Assembly: GCA_026981615.1 (NCBI GenBank)
Contig: JALSIH010000123.1
Coordinates: 1 to 61,722, forward strand
Origin: Chitinophagales bacterium
Lineage (GTDB): Bacteria; Bacteroidota; Bacteroidia; Chitinophagales; S012-47
Reading direction: 5' to 3'
DNA: 61,722 bases
In this document: positions 54,060 through 61,722 of the stretch, one piece after another
How the letters are laid out: each line of letters starts with the position of its first letter
Position numbering within the stretch: position 1 is the stretch's first letter
Notes under the pieces: generated by a model
Told to the model about the DNA's origin: nothing
What the model saw: only the letters and a program-made list of their open reading frames with translations
Databases searched by the model: none
Position numbers and translations under genes: made by a program

Positions 54060-55954
54060 TCCAGTTTCATCTCTTCATTTTCACGAATCAAGCCCTGGTC
54101 CGTAAGCCAACGTATGGCTTTCAGCACATCCCGATTGCCGGCCTTTATCAGTTCCGGCAAGTCCCTGATGCTCTTCGGCTCTTTTAGCAGGATCGTACGA
54201 ATTTCCTCAAAAATGAGATCAAAAGCATCGGAGCGCAGGGATTCGCGCTCGCGTTCGCGGCAAACGTCACAATGCCCGCAATTCTTAATTGAACGCTCAT
54301 CAAAATACTCCAATATAACCCGTTCCCTGCATTTTACTTTGTTGTGTACATAGAACAGCATTCCCCTTGCTTTCTCCATGGTCACTTTCCTACGGAAGGC
54401 AATGGCCGGCACATTCATGCCCAGCTCGCTTTTGTTGCTTTGCCTTGGCAGCAGAAACATGATCTGGGGCTTGTCTTTATAAGGCTCATAACTGATTATT
54501 CGCAGCTTTTGCAGTTGCTCCAGTTTTTTCCTCAGTTGTTCCACATTCAGACGGAGCGTTGCCGCCAGCTGCTTTTCATTGATTCTTACATAATAATCGA
54601 AAGCTCCCTCGTAGTTGCGCAGGATGGCCTGCGTGACAGGTGCCAGCTGGCGATTACTTACTTCAAGCTCATAGAGGACCTGCCGTTCGCAAATTACCTT
54701 TACCCGGGGCGAAAGATAAACGGCATCGTTCAGCACGATGAGCCCTTCGTTTTCAAGTATCCGGAGGGCATTGAACGTGTGCAGGGGCTGCAGGCGATAG
54801 GTTTTGCAAAATTCCACTATTTCAAAATCAAAGGAATAGCCCGCCCCCGAGCCCAGCGCCAGGCTGTAGTAGTCACATAGATTCTGATAAATCTTTTTTA
54901 CAAACTCGATGGGCGGATATCTTTCCTCCACCGATTGTTTGAGGCGGCTTACATCGCGCCTGTCAAACAAGATGGCCGCATAGGACCTTTTCCCGTCACG
55001 GCCGGCACGGCCGGCTTCCTGATAATAACTTTCCAGGCTGTCGGGCAAGCCGACATGAATCACGAATCGAACGTCCGGCTTGTCGATGCCCATTCCAAAT
55101 GCATTGGTGCTCACGATCACCCGTATGTGGCCCTTGAGCCAGGCTTCCTGGCGGGCATTTCGCTTGCGCATGTCAAGCCCCGCATGATAATAATCCGCCT
55201 TGATACCTGCCTTTTGCAGTATTTCGGCAATCTCCTTCGTCTTTTTCCGGTTTCGCACATAGACGATCCCCGCCCCATTGACCTTTTTGCAGATTTTGAG
55301 CAGTTTGCCTTCTTTGTCACCGTCATTGTAGCTGAGAAAAGAAATATTGGGGCGCGAAAAACTTTTGCGAAAAATCCGATGGCCTTTTTTGAAGTCCAGT
55401 TTTTGACAGATATCATCGCTCACCTTTGCCGTGGCAGATGCCGTAAGGGCCAGAACGGGAACCCCGGGATGAATAGAGCGGATTTCGGCAATTTCAAGAT
55501 AAGGCGGCCTGAAATCATAGCCCCACTGCGAAATGCAATGGGCCTCATCCACGGCAAACAGGTTCACATTCATGCGGGTGAGGCGCTCGCGAAAGATTTC
55601 CGTTTTCAATCGCTCGGGCGATACATAGAGGAGCTTGACCTGGCCGTAGATGCAATTGTCAAGGACAATATCGATTTCATGCTTGCTCATCCCCGAGAAC
55701 ACCGCGTTGGCCCGTATTTTTCTTTCCCGAAGATGCAGCACCTGGTCTTTCATCAATGCAATGAGCGGAGAGACGACTATGCAGATGCCCTCCTTCATCA
55801 GGGCCGGCACCTGGTAGCAGACGGACTTGCCGCCTCCGGTGGGCAGCAGTGCCAGGGTGTCCTTTCCTTCCAGCACGGCAGCAATTATTTCATCCTGGGG
55901 CGAGCGAAATGAGTCGTAGCCCCAGTATTTCTTAAGTACCTCAAGTGCTGTCAT
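54047..55954 (-). CDS. recQ: RecQ family ATP-dependent DNA helicase
   Basis: YWGYDSFR..Q, Walker [13 protein letters not shown] box ([16 protein letters not shown]), and a zinc-binding CGHCDVC. Start at ATG 55954 forms an ATGA overlap with the upstream stop. Confidence 0.9.
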   Translation of the reverse strand: MTALEVLKKYWGYDSFRSPQDEIIAAVLEGKDTLALLPTGGGKSVCYQVPALMKEGICIVVSPLIALMKDQVLHLRERKIRANAVFSGMSKHEIDIVLDNCIYGQVKLLYVSPERLKTEIFRERLTRMNVNLFAVDEAHCISQWGYDFRPPYLEIAEIRSIHPGVPVLALTASATAKVSDDICQKLDFKKGHRIFRKSFSRPNISFLSYNDGDKEGKLLKICKKVNGAGIVYVRNRKKTKEIAEILQKAGIKADYYHAGLDMRKRNARQEAWLKGHIRVIVSTNAFGMGIDKPDVRFVIHVGLPDSLESYYQEAGRAGRDGKRSYAAILFDRRDVSRLKQSVEERYPPIEFVKKIYQNLCDYYSLALGSGAGYSFDFEIVEFCKTYRLQPLHTFNALRILENEGLIVLNDAVYLSPRVKVICERQVLYELEVSNRQLAPVTQAILRNYEGAFDYYVRINEKQLAATLRLNVEQLRKKLEQLQKLRIISYEPYKDKPQIMFLLPRQSNKSELGMNVPAIAFRRKVTMEKARGMLFYVHNKVKCRERVILEYFDERSIKNCGHCDVCRERERESLRSDAFDLIFEEIRTILLKEPKSIRDLPELIKAGNRDVLKAIRWLTDQGLIRENEEMKLEWAE

Positions 55955-56625
55955 TCTTCCTGTATAATGATTCCGTCTCTGATCCGCAGCCTGCGGTCGC
56001 ACATGCCGGCCAGTTCTTCGTTGTGCGTGGCAATGACGAAAGTCTGATCAAATTCACTCCTGAGTTCAAAAAACAATTGATGCAGTTGCCTTGCATTTGC
56101 CGAGTCGAGGTTGCCGCTGGGCTCATCGGCCAGCACCACCCCGGGCCGGTTGATCAGGGCACGTGCCACGGCCACCCTTTGCTGCTCACCGCCCGAGAGC
56201 TCCGATGGTTTATGTTTTTTTCGCGGCAGCACCCCGAGGCGCTCGAGCAATTCCCCGGCAAGGGCAGCGGCCTCCGAAAAACTTTTCCCCGATATCAATG
56301 CCGGGATGCAAACATTTTCCAGGGCGGTAAATTCGGGCAGGAGGTGGTGAAACTGAAACACGAAGCCGATGTGCCGGTTGCGAAAGCGGGCCAGCTTGCG
56401 GGGCGACAGCCGGGTGACCGGCTCCGACTCGATGTATATCTCCCCTTCATCGGGGTCATCGAGTGTCCCGATGATTTGCAGAAGCGTACTCTTCCCGGCA
56501 CCGCTGGCTCCGATGAGCGCAATGACCTCGGACTTCTCTACTTCCATGTCGATGCCGCGCAATACGCGCAGCGCTCCGTACGATTTATGAATGTTCTTTG
56601 CCCGGATTACCTTTTGCCTGCTCAT
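55951..56625 (-). CDS. ABC transporter ATP-binding protein (LolD/MacB-type)
   Basis: Walker [10 protein letters not shown], signature [15 protein letters not shown], Walker [13 protein letters not shown]. Confidence 0.9.
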   Translation of the reverse strand: MSRQKVIRAKNIHKSYGALRVLRGIDMEVEKSEVIALIGASGAGKSTLLQIIGTLDDPDEGEIYIESEPVTRLSPRKLARFRNRHIGFVFQFHHLLPEFTALENVCIPALISGKSFSEAAALAGELLERLGVLPRKKHKPSELSGGEQQRVAVARALINRPGVVLADEPSGNLDSANARQLHQLFFELRSEFDQTFVIATHNEELAGMCDRRLRIRDGIIIQEE

Positions 56626-56629
56626 TCTC

Positions 56630-56637
56630 CAAATTTA
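56630..56637 (-). promoter_or_regulatory. Bacteroidota -7 promoter box (TAaaTTTG on minus strand), start codon 5 nt downstream
   Basis: The plus strand reads CAAATTTA and ends 4 nt before ATG 56625. Confidence 0.4.
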
Positions 56638-56700
56638 GCAAAAGAGAAATGGCCCGAAGCAGCTTCAAAAGGCTTTTCTTTCACTGCAGGCAATACAGCC

Positions 56701-56928
56701 CTATTTCTCTGCAGATTCGGAGTCCTTCACCGGACAGGTACTAAATCCGAAAATGGTGTAGAGCGGACAAAACCCGATCAGACTGGTCAATAGAAAGATG
56801 GCGGCTACAACCAAAAAGACAATGCCCAAGGTTCCGGTGACCGTGCCGGAGAAATATAAAATAGCCATAATGACTGCCAGCAGTACCCTGGCTATTCGGT
56901 CTGCTTTTCCCATGTTGTGTTTCATCAT
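56701..56928 (-). CDS. DUF2892 (YgaP-like) small membrane protein
   Basis: NMGKADRIARVLLAVIM... and the C-terminal GFCPLYTIFGFSTC are typical of DUF2892. The start is ambiguous (ATG at 56955, 56928, 56925 or 56913). Confidence 0.7.
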   Translation of the reverse strand: MMKHNMGKADRIARVLLAVIMAILYFSGTVTGTLGIVFLVVAAIFLLTSLIGFCPLYTIFGFSTCPVKDSESAEK

Positions 56929-57135
56929 TTCTTGTTTTTTAGGTGAAATATTCAATCAGCAAGCCCAGTATCACCGCAAAAGAGATACAGAGGATGCATA
57001 CGTAAACAAATTTAAGTGCCTGCCTGTTCATTGCTTTCTCGAAATTTGCTATCTCAAATTTACTCATTATCAGACTTTCATGCCGCAACAGGCTTTCCCC
57101 TGACCGGGATCCCTTTCCGGAATGCACCAATATCT

Positions 57136-57143
57136 TATTTTTG
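57136..57143 (+). promoter_or_regulatory. Bacteroidota -7 promoter box (TAttTTTG) for folD
   Basis: Exact match 18 nt upstream of ATG 57161. Confidence 0.45.
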
Positions 57144-57160
57144 GTCAAAATTTTAATCCT

Positions 57161-58042
57161 ATGCAGATCATAGACGGAAAGAAACTGGCCCGGGAGATCA
57201 AAGAAGAGCTGCGGCAAAAAACGGCAGAGATGACCGCTGCCGGGCATCGCCCGCCTCACCTCGCAGCCGTTTTGGTAGGAAATGACGGTGCCAGCCAGAC
57301 GTATGTAAACAGTAAAGTAAAGTCGTGTGAGCGAATCGGTTTCAGGTCAACGCTAATCCGCAAAGACGAAAGCCTCAGCGAAGCGGAGCTGCTCGAAATC
57401 GTGGATCAACTGAACCGAGATGAAGAAGTGGACGGTTTTATCGTGCAGCTGCCCCTGCCCCGGCATATCAACGAAGAGCGAATTACGATGGCGATCGACC
57501 CGGCCAAAGACGTGGACGGTTTTCACCCGGCCAATATCGGAAAGATGACCCTCGGTATGCCGGCTTTTCTTCCGGCCACTCCATACGGTATCATCACCAT
57601 GCTTGAGCGCTACGGCATCAAAACGAGCGGGCTCAACTGCACGGTAGTGGGGCGCAGCAATATTGTGGGGCGGCCCGTGAGCATCCTCATGTCGCGCAAT
57701 GCCGAGCCCGGCAATGCCACCACCACCCTCTGCCACAGCCGCACCCGCGATCTGAAAGCCGAATGCAGGCGGGCCGATATTTTGATTGTAGCCCTCGGCC
57801 GACCCGAGTTCATCACAGCCGATTATGTGAAAGAGGGCGCCATCGTGATTGACGTGGGCATACACAGGGTGCCCGATGCCGGAAGCGAAAAAGGATATGT
57901 CATCAAAGGCGATGTGAAATTTGATGAAGTAGCGCCCAAATGCAGCTATATCACCCCGGTGCCCGGAGGTGTGGGAGCCATGACCGTGACCGCCCTTTTG
58001 ATGAATACCTTCGATGCCGCCCAAAGGAGAATTGAAAAATGA
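57161..58042 (+). CDS. folD: bifunctional methylenetetrahydrofolate dehydrogenase/cyclohydrolase
   Basis: MQIIDGKKLA start, YVNSK..C motif, VVGRSNIVGRP and PVPGGVG motifs. Confidence 0.95.
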   Translation: MQIIDGKKLAREIKEELRQKTAEMTAAGHRPPHLAAVLVGNDGASQTYVNSKVKSCERIGFRSTLIRKDESLSEAELLEIVDQLNRDEEVDGFIVQLPLPRHINEERITMAIDPAKDVDGFHPANIGKMTLGMPAFLPATPYGIITMLERYGIKTSGLNCTVVGRSNIVGRPVSILMSRNAEPGNATTTLCHSRTRDLKAECRRADILIVALGRPEFITADYVKEGAIVIDVGIHRVPDAGSEKGYVIKGDVKFDEVAPKCSYITPVPGGVGAMTVTALLMNTFDAAQRRIEK

Positions 58043-58992
58043 AAAGTGCATGCTTCGGAGCACTCCTTTTTCTGCTGATTTCCTGCAAGGTGAACGAAGC
58101 GCCAAAAGAAATCGCCAAGCCGGCTCCCGCTGACTCCCTTGTAAAAGAGCCGGAGAGAATGCCTCTCAAAGAGGGCTTTTCTTTCTTTAAAATCGAGAAA
58201 GACAGCAACGGAACGGATATCCTTCACACATTCAACACCCGCTATTTCACGCACACGGCCATGATGAGCGACCTGCCGGTCTCTCTCCTGATTGAAGAAA
58301 AGCTGGAAAGAAAAACAAAAAGGGAAGGACGGCAATGCAGCGAAGGGCGCCTGGAAATGACGATTTACCGTGTGCGGAATGACAGCCTGATAAGCTTGCA
58401 AAAAATTGAAGCCCCTGCGCTTTCTTACGCTTTCAGCGGCTATTCGGGCCGCCTCTTTGTGACCGATGTCGAAAGCTGCGCTGATGCACTGCCCGTGCAC
58501 GGCCTCTATTCCCTGCGCAGGAGCGAGCCATTGCTCATCTTCTACAAGAGCTACAATACCCTTACCCTTCCGGCCACGAAGGAAAAGCGCTATGTCGGCT
58601 TTCATCCCTACCGGGGGGCCATAAAGCCCGTGGACAATAAAGACGGACAGCGCCTGGTCGGGGTGCTTCGCTATACGGACGAAGAGGGAAACCGCAGCGA
58701 CTTTGCACTGCGCTGCAGTGATTCCGTCCTTTTGCAAAAACTGAGGGCCCGCCCTCCGAAGCTCTTTTTTACCGTCATGCGAAACGGTCAAACCGTGAGG
58801 GCCGCAGACTTGGAGCTTTATCCCGAAAGGGGCGGCAAAGCCGTTTTAATCCCCGATGGATTCCAAATTGAAATAAATCTCGCCCGCACGGCAGATATCG
58901 AAGCCATTGTCGTACCGGTAAAAATGGACCGAATCGACAGCGAAGGAATAAAAATTCCCGATGATCGCCTGCAATTGGAAAAATTGCGCTGA
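58039..58992 (+). CDS. hypothetical lipoprotein (317 aa)
   Basis: Lipobox LLISC. ATGA start/stop overlap with folD. No recognised motif. Confidence 0.55.
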   Translation: MKSACFGALLFLLISCKVNEAPKEIAKPAPADSLVKEPERMPLKEGFSFFKIEKDSNGTDILHTFNTRYFTHTAMMSDLPVSLLIEEKLERKTKREGRQCSEGRLEMTIYRVRNDSLISLQKIEAPALSYAFSGYSGRLFVTDVESCADALPVHGLYSLRRSEPLLIFYKSYNTLTLPATKEKRYVGFHPYRGAIKPVDNKDGQRLVGVLRYTDEEGNRSDFALRCSDSVLLQKLRARPPKLFFTVMRNGQTVRAADLELYPERGGKAVLIPDGFQIEINLARTADIEAIVVPVKMDRIDSEGIKIPDDRLQLEKLR

Positions 58993-59036
58993 CAGGCATC
59001 GAACTGTCCTTTCAATAATTGTATTATTATCTCCGA

Positions 59037-59684
59037 ATGGAAAAAATAAATCAGAAAAAAACACAAGACCGCAGTCAAACCCGCCAAAACAGCTTGCCTG
59101 TGATGGAAGAATTTCTATCCATACAGGGCGAGGGAGCACACAGCGGACGGGCGGCCTGGTTTATCCGCCTGGCAGGCTGCGATGTGGGCTGCGTATGGTG
59201 CGATGTAAAAGAAAGCTGGGATGCCGAAGCACACCGTATTTGCAGCGTAGATGAGATGGCGGAAAGAGCGCTCGGCAGCGGAGCCCCCATGGTGGTCATT
59301 ACGGGCGGTGAGCCGCTGATGCACCATCTCGACCTGCTGACGGGCACACTGATCGATGCAGGCCTGCAAGTACATATCGAAACTTCCGGGGCCCATCCCC
59401 TCAGCGGCCATTTTCACTGGATCACCCTTTCGCCCAAGAAATTCAAAGCTCCCCTGCCCGAAATACTGCCTTTGGCCGATGAACTGAAAATAGTCGTCTA
59501 TCACAAGAGCGATTTTGCCTGGGCCGAAAAATTTGCCGCCCTCGTGCGCGATGACTGCCGGCTCTTTCTCCAGCCCGAGTGGAGCCGAAACCGCGAGACG
59601 GCTCCCCTGATCCTCGACTACATCCGTCTTCATCCCCAATGGTCCGTTTCCCTTCAAATTCACAAATACCTCGATGTCCCGTGA
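59037..59684 (+). CDS. queE: 7-carboxy-7-deazaguanine synthase (radical SAM)
   Basis: EEFLSIQGEG N-terminal motif and the CDVGCVWC (CX3CX2C) cluster. Start at ATG 59037, with 59103 as an alternative. Confidence 0.85.
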   Translation: MEKINQKKTQDRSQTRQNSLPVMEEFLSIQGEGAHSGRAAWFIRLAGCDVGCVWCDVKESWDAEAHRICSVDEMAERALGSGAPMVVITGGEPLMHHLDLLTGTLIDAGLQVHIETSGAHPLSGHFHWITLSPKKFKAPLPEILPLADELKIVVYHKSDFAWAEKFAALVRDDCRLFLQPEWSRNRETAPLILDYIRLHPQWSVSLQIHKYLDVP

Positions 59685-61585
59685 TCCGTATTTTGCTTAC
59701 ATATCTCGTCATTGTATGGGCCGCCCGGACGGCCGGAGGGCAGGTATTTGAAAAAGACGCTCCGAGAAAAGCGCTGAAATACTACGAAAAAAGCGTGGAT
59801 GCCTTTCGCAGCATGAACTATGATAAGTCGGAGGCCTACCTCTTGAAGTCGCTTGAAGCCGAGCCGGATTTTGTAGATGCCCTCCTGCGCCTCGCTGATC
59901 TGTGCTATCGCCAGAAACGGTATGAAGAAGCCGCCCGCTATTTTGAAAAAGCGACAGCCCTGGCGCCCGATTACAAATACAGCGTTTATCAAACGCTGGG
60001 CCGTGCCTATCTGCACCTCGAAGCGTACGAAAAAGCCCGCCAGGCCTACGAGCATTATCTGGAAAAACCGGGGCTTTCCGAAAAAAAGCGCTATGCCATG
60101 AGCCGGCAAATCGAGAATCTGATCTTCTCGCAGGAAGCCAAAAAACACCCCGTCCCCTTCCGGCCGGAAAACCTCGGCAAAGGGGTGAACAGCAGCGATC
60201 ACGAATACCTGCCGACACTCACAGCGGGAGATTCCCTGATGTATTTTACAAGGAGGGAAGGACAATTAGAAGATATCTGGCAAAGCAGCCGGCAGGATGA
60301 CCAATGGGAGGAAGCCGTAAACCTTGGGCCGCCCGTCAATACCCCCGACTTCGGTGAAGGCTCCCAGGCCATCTCTCCTGACGGCAAAACCCTTTACTTT
60401 GCTGCCAATTGGGGCGATGGAGAGAAAATCAGAGGCTGGGATATCTACGAAACCGAGCACAGCGACAGCGGCTGGACCACACCCCGCATGCTGCCGAAAC
60501 CCGTCAACACACGCAGCTATGAATCACAGCCCTGCATATCGGCCGATGGGCGCATGCTCTTCTTCAGCAGCCGCAGAAAAGGCGGATACGGGGGGAAAGA
60601 CCTCTATGTATCGTATCGAAAGGAAGATTGCAGCTGGGGCAAGCCCCGCAATCTCGGACCCGTGATCAATACCCCGGGCGATGAGGAAGTCCCTTTTATC
60701 CATGCAGACGGTAAAACCCTCTACTTCGGCTCCAACGGCCACCCGGGCATGGGGGGCAGCGACCTCTATTACTCGAAGATGGACGATACGGGCGGATGGA
60801 GCACACCGGTCAACCTGGGCTACCCGCTGAATACCCGAAACAACGAGGGGGCGCTGTTCGTCTCCGCCCTTAGCGGCTACGGCTATTTTGCCTCCGACCA
60901 GCTCGAAGGCGAAGGAGGCTATGACCTCTACCGCTTCAAACTCTGGGATTCCATACGCCCCGAGCCGGTGGCATTTATCCTGGTCGAGATTTTCGATCGC
61001 GAAAGCGGAGAGAAACTCGATGCCGATTTTGACCTGATCAATCTCGAAAAGGGGGAAAGCATTCTCAACTCCAACTGCAACAACTATTTAAAAGAGTATT
61101 TCTACCTGCCTTTGCCCCTTGAAACCGAGTTTGCGCTCAACATCAGAAGGCCCGGCTATCTCTTCCATTCGGCCCATTTCTCGCTGACAGGCGATGACAT
61201 GTTTCGCATCCGGAAGGTGAAAGTCTATCTCGATAAAATAAAAAGCGGCAAACGCATCATTTTGGAAAATGTATTTTTTGAAACGGACAGTTTCCGTTTG
61301 GACGAACGCTCTTTCTCCGAGCTGAACGAGTTGGTGGACTTTCTAAATCAGAATCCGGAGCTGAAGATCGAAATAGGCGGACATACCGACAACACCGGAG
61401 ACCCGGCATACAACCGAAGGCTCTCGCGGCTGCGGGCCAAATCCGTGCGGGATTACCTGCTGGCGCACGGCATTGAAGCCCAACGCATCCGCTTCGAGGG
61501 CTATGGCGACAGCAGGCCCGTTGCCGGCAACGATGATGCCGAAGGCCGCTCGCTGAACAGGCGCACGGAGATTCGCATAGAATAG
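59681..61585 (+). CDS. OmpA family protein with TPR and TolB-like (PD40) beta-propeller repeats
   Basis: C-terminal OmpA_C motif (GHTDNTGDPAYNRRLSRLRAKSV). N-terminal TPR-like helices. Repeated SPDGKTLYF / SADGRMLFFSS PD40 motifs. The GTG start at 59681 overlaps the queE stop (GTGA) and yields a signal peptide. Confidence 0.8.
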   Translation: MIRILLTYLVIVWAARTAGGQVFEKDAPRKALKYYEKSVDAFRSMNYDKSEAYLLKSLEAEPDFVDALLRLADLCYRQKRYEEAARYFEKATALAPDYKYSVYQTLGRAYLHLEAYEKARQAYEHYLEKPGLSEKKRYAMSRQIENLIFSQEAKKHPVPFRPENLGKGVNSSDHEYLPTLTAGDSLMYFTRREGQLEDIWQSSRQDDQWEEAVNLGPPVNTPDFGEGSQAISPDGKTLYFAANWGDGEKIRGWDIYETEHSDSGWTTPRMLPKPVNTRSYESQPCISADGRMLFFSSRRKGGYGGKDLYVSYRKEDCSWGKPRNLGPVINTPGDEEVPFIHADGKTLYFGSNGHPGMGGSDLYYSKMDDTGGWSTPVNLGYPLNTRNNEGALFVSALSGYGYFASDQLEGEGGYDLYRFKLWDSIRPEPVAFILVEIFDRESGEKLDADFDLINLEKGESILNSNCNNYLKEYFYLPLPLETEFALNIRRPGYLFHSAHFSLTGDDMFRIRKVKVYLDKIKSGKRIILENVFFETDSFRLDERSFSELNELVDFLNQNPELKIEIGGHTDNTGDPAYNRRLSRLRAKSVRDYLLAHGIEAQRIRFEGYGDSRPVAGNDDAEGRSLNRRTEIRIE

Positions 61586-61605
61586 AGTGAGCGCTGCGCC
61601 CGCGG

Positions 61606-61722
61606 TTATTGCTTAATTATTACGAGCTCCGAATGGCCTGCCGCCCCGGCTATGCGCAGCAAATACAAGCCCTGAGGCAAAGCGCTCAGATTGAGACGGG
61701 CATGGGCATCGAGGGTGCCGCT
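61606..61722 (-). CDS. 3' end of a T9SS C-terminal-sorting-domain protein (5' part outside window)
   Basis: My own reverse-strand translation gives SGTLDAHARLNLSALPQGLYLLRIAGAAGHSELVIIKQ*. This matches the last strands of a type-A T9SS CTD. The ORF is too short to appear in the track. Confidence 0.6.
   Translation of the reverse strand, partial: SGTLDAHARLNLSALPQGLYLLRIAGAAGHSELVIIKQ

Noticed and set aside
54935-56793. 325-aa and 282-aa plus-strand ORFs antisense to recQ and the ABC ATPase
   Set aside because: Both genuine genes show complete Walker, DEAH and signature motifs. The antisense frames have no recognisable features.
56939-57259. Full 106-aa minus-strand ORF overlapping the folD promoter and 5' end
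   Set aside because: The N-terminal two-thirds is antisense to folD and its promoter and looks non-coding. Only the terminal 42-codon membrane-helix ORF is kept, as a low-confidence finding.

Overview
This looks like a chromosomal segment of a Bacteroidota genome. The phylum call rests on three T9SS type-A C-terminal sorting domains, one gliding-motility type-B CTD, SprB-type repeats, and many TAnnTTTG -7 promoter boxes correctly placed in front of genes. I call 57 protein-coding genes (two cut by the window edges), three tRNAs (Lys-TTT, Leu-GAG, Leu-TAG), several intrinsic terminators and one intragenic 612-bp tandem duplication. I see no rRNA, CRISPR array, transposase, integrase or phage-like genes. 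The content is mostly housekeeping (tig-clpP-clpX, purA, rel, pfkA, folD, queE, ribE, recQ, aat). It is interleaved with envelope and secreted proteins and with oxidative-stress genes (yaaA, msrA, peroxiredoxin, quinone oxidoreductase, egtB-egtD). I did not find a clear-cut novel system. The best candidates for undescribed biology are: (1) a translationally coupled lipoprotein / outer-membrane protein / geranylgeranyl-reductase-like / HIT operon (15877-20900); (2) a rel-fur-STAS-purA operon; (3) an MBOAT plus SGNH/DltD-like pair; (4) a catalytically dead Nudix (NrtR-family) regulator next to a 1284-aa T9SS protein carrying a recent internal duplication; (5) an RCK potassium-channel homologue with a non-canonical TVGFSE filter next to a minimal egtB-egtD cluster. 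All family assignments come from motifs read by eye in the supplied translations; no database search was run.
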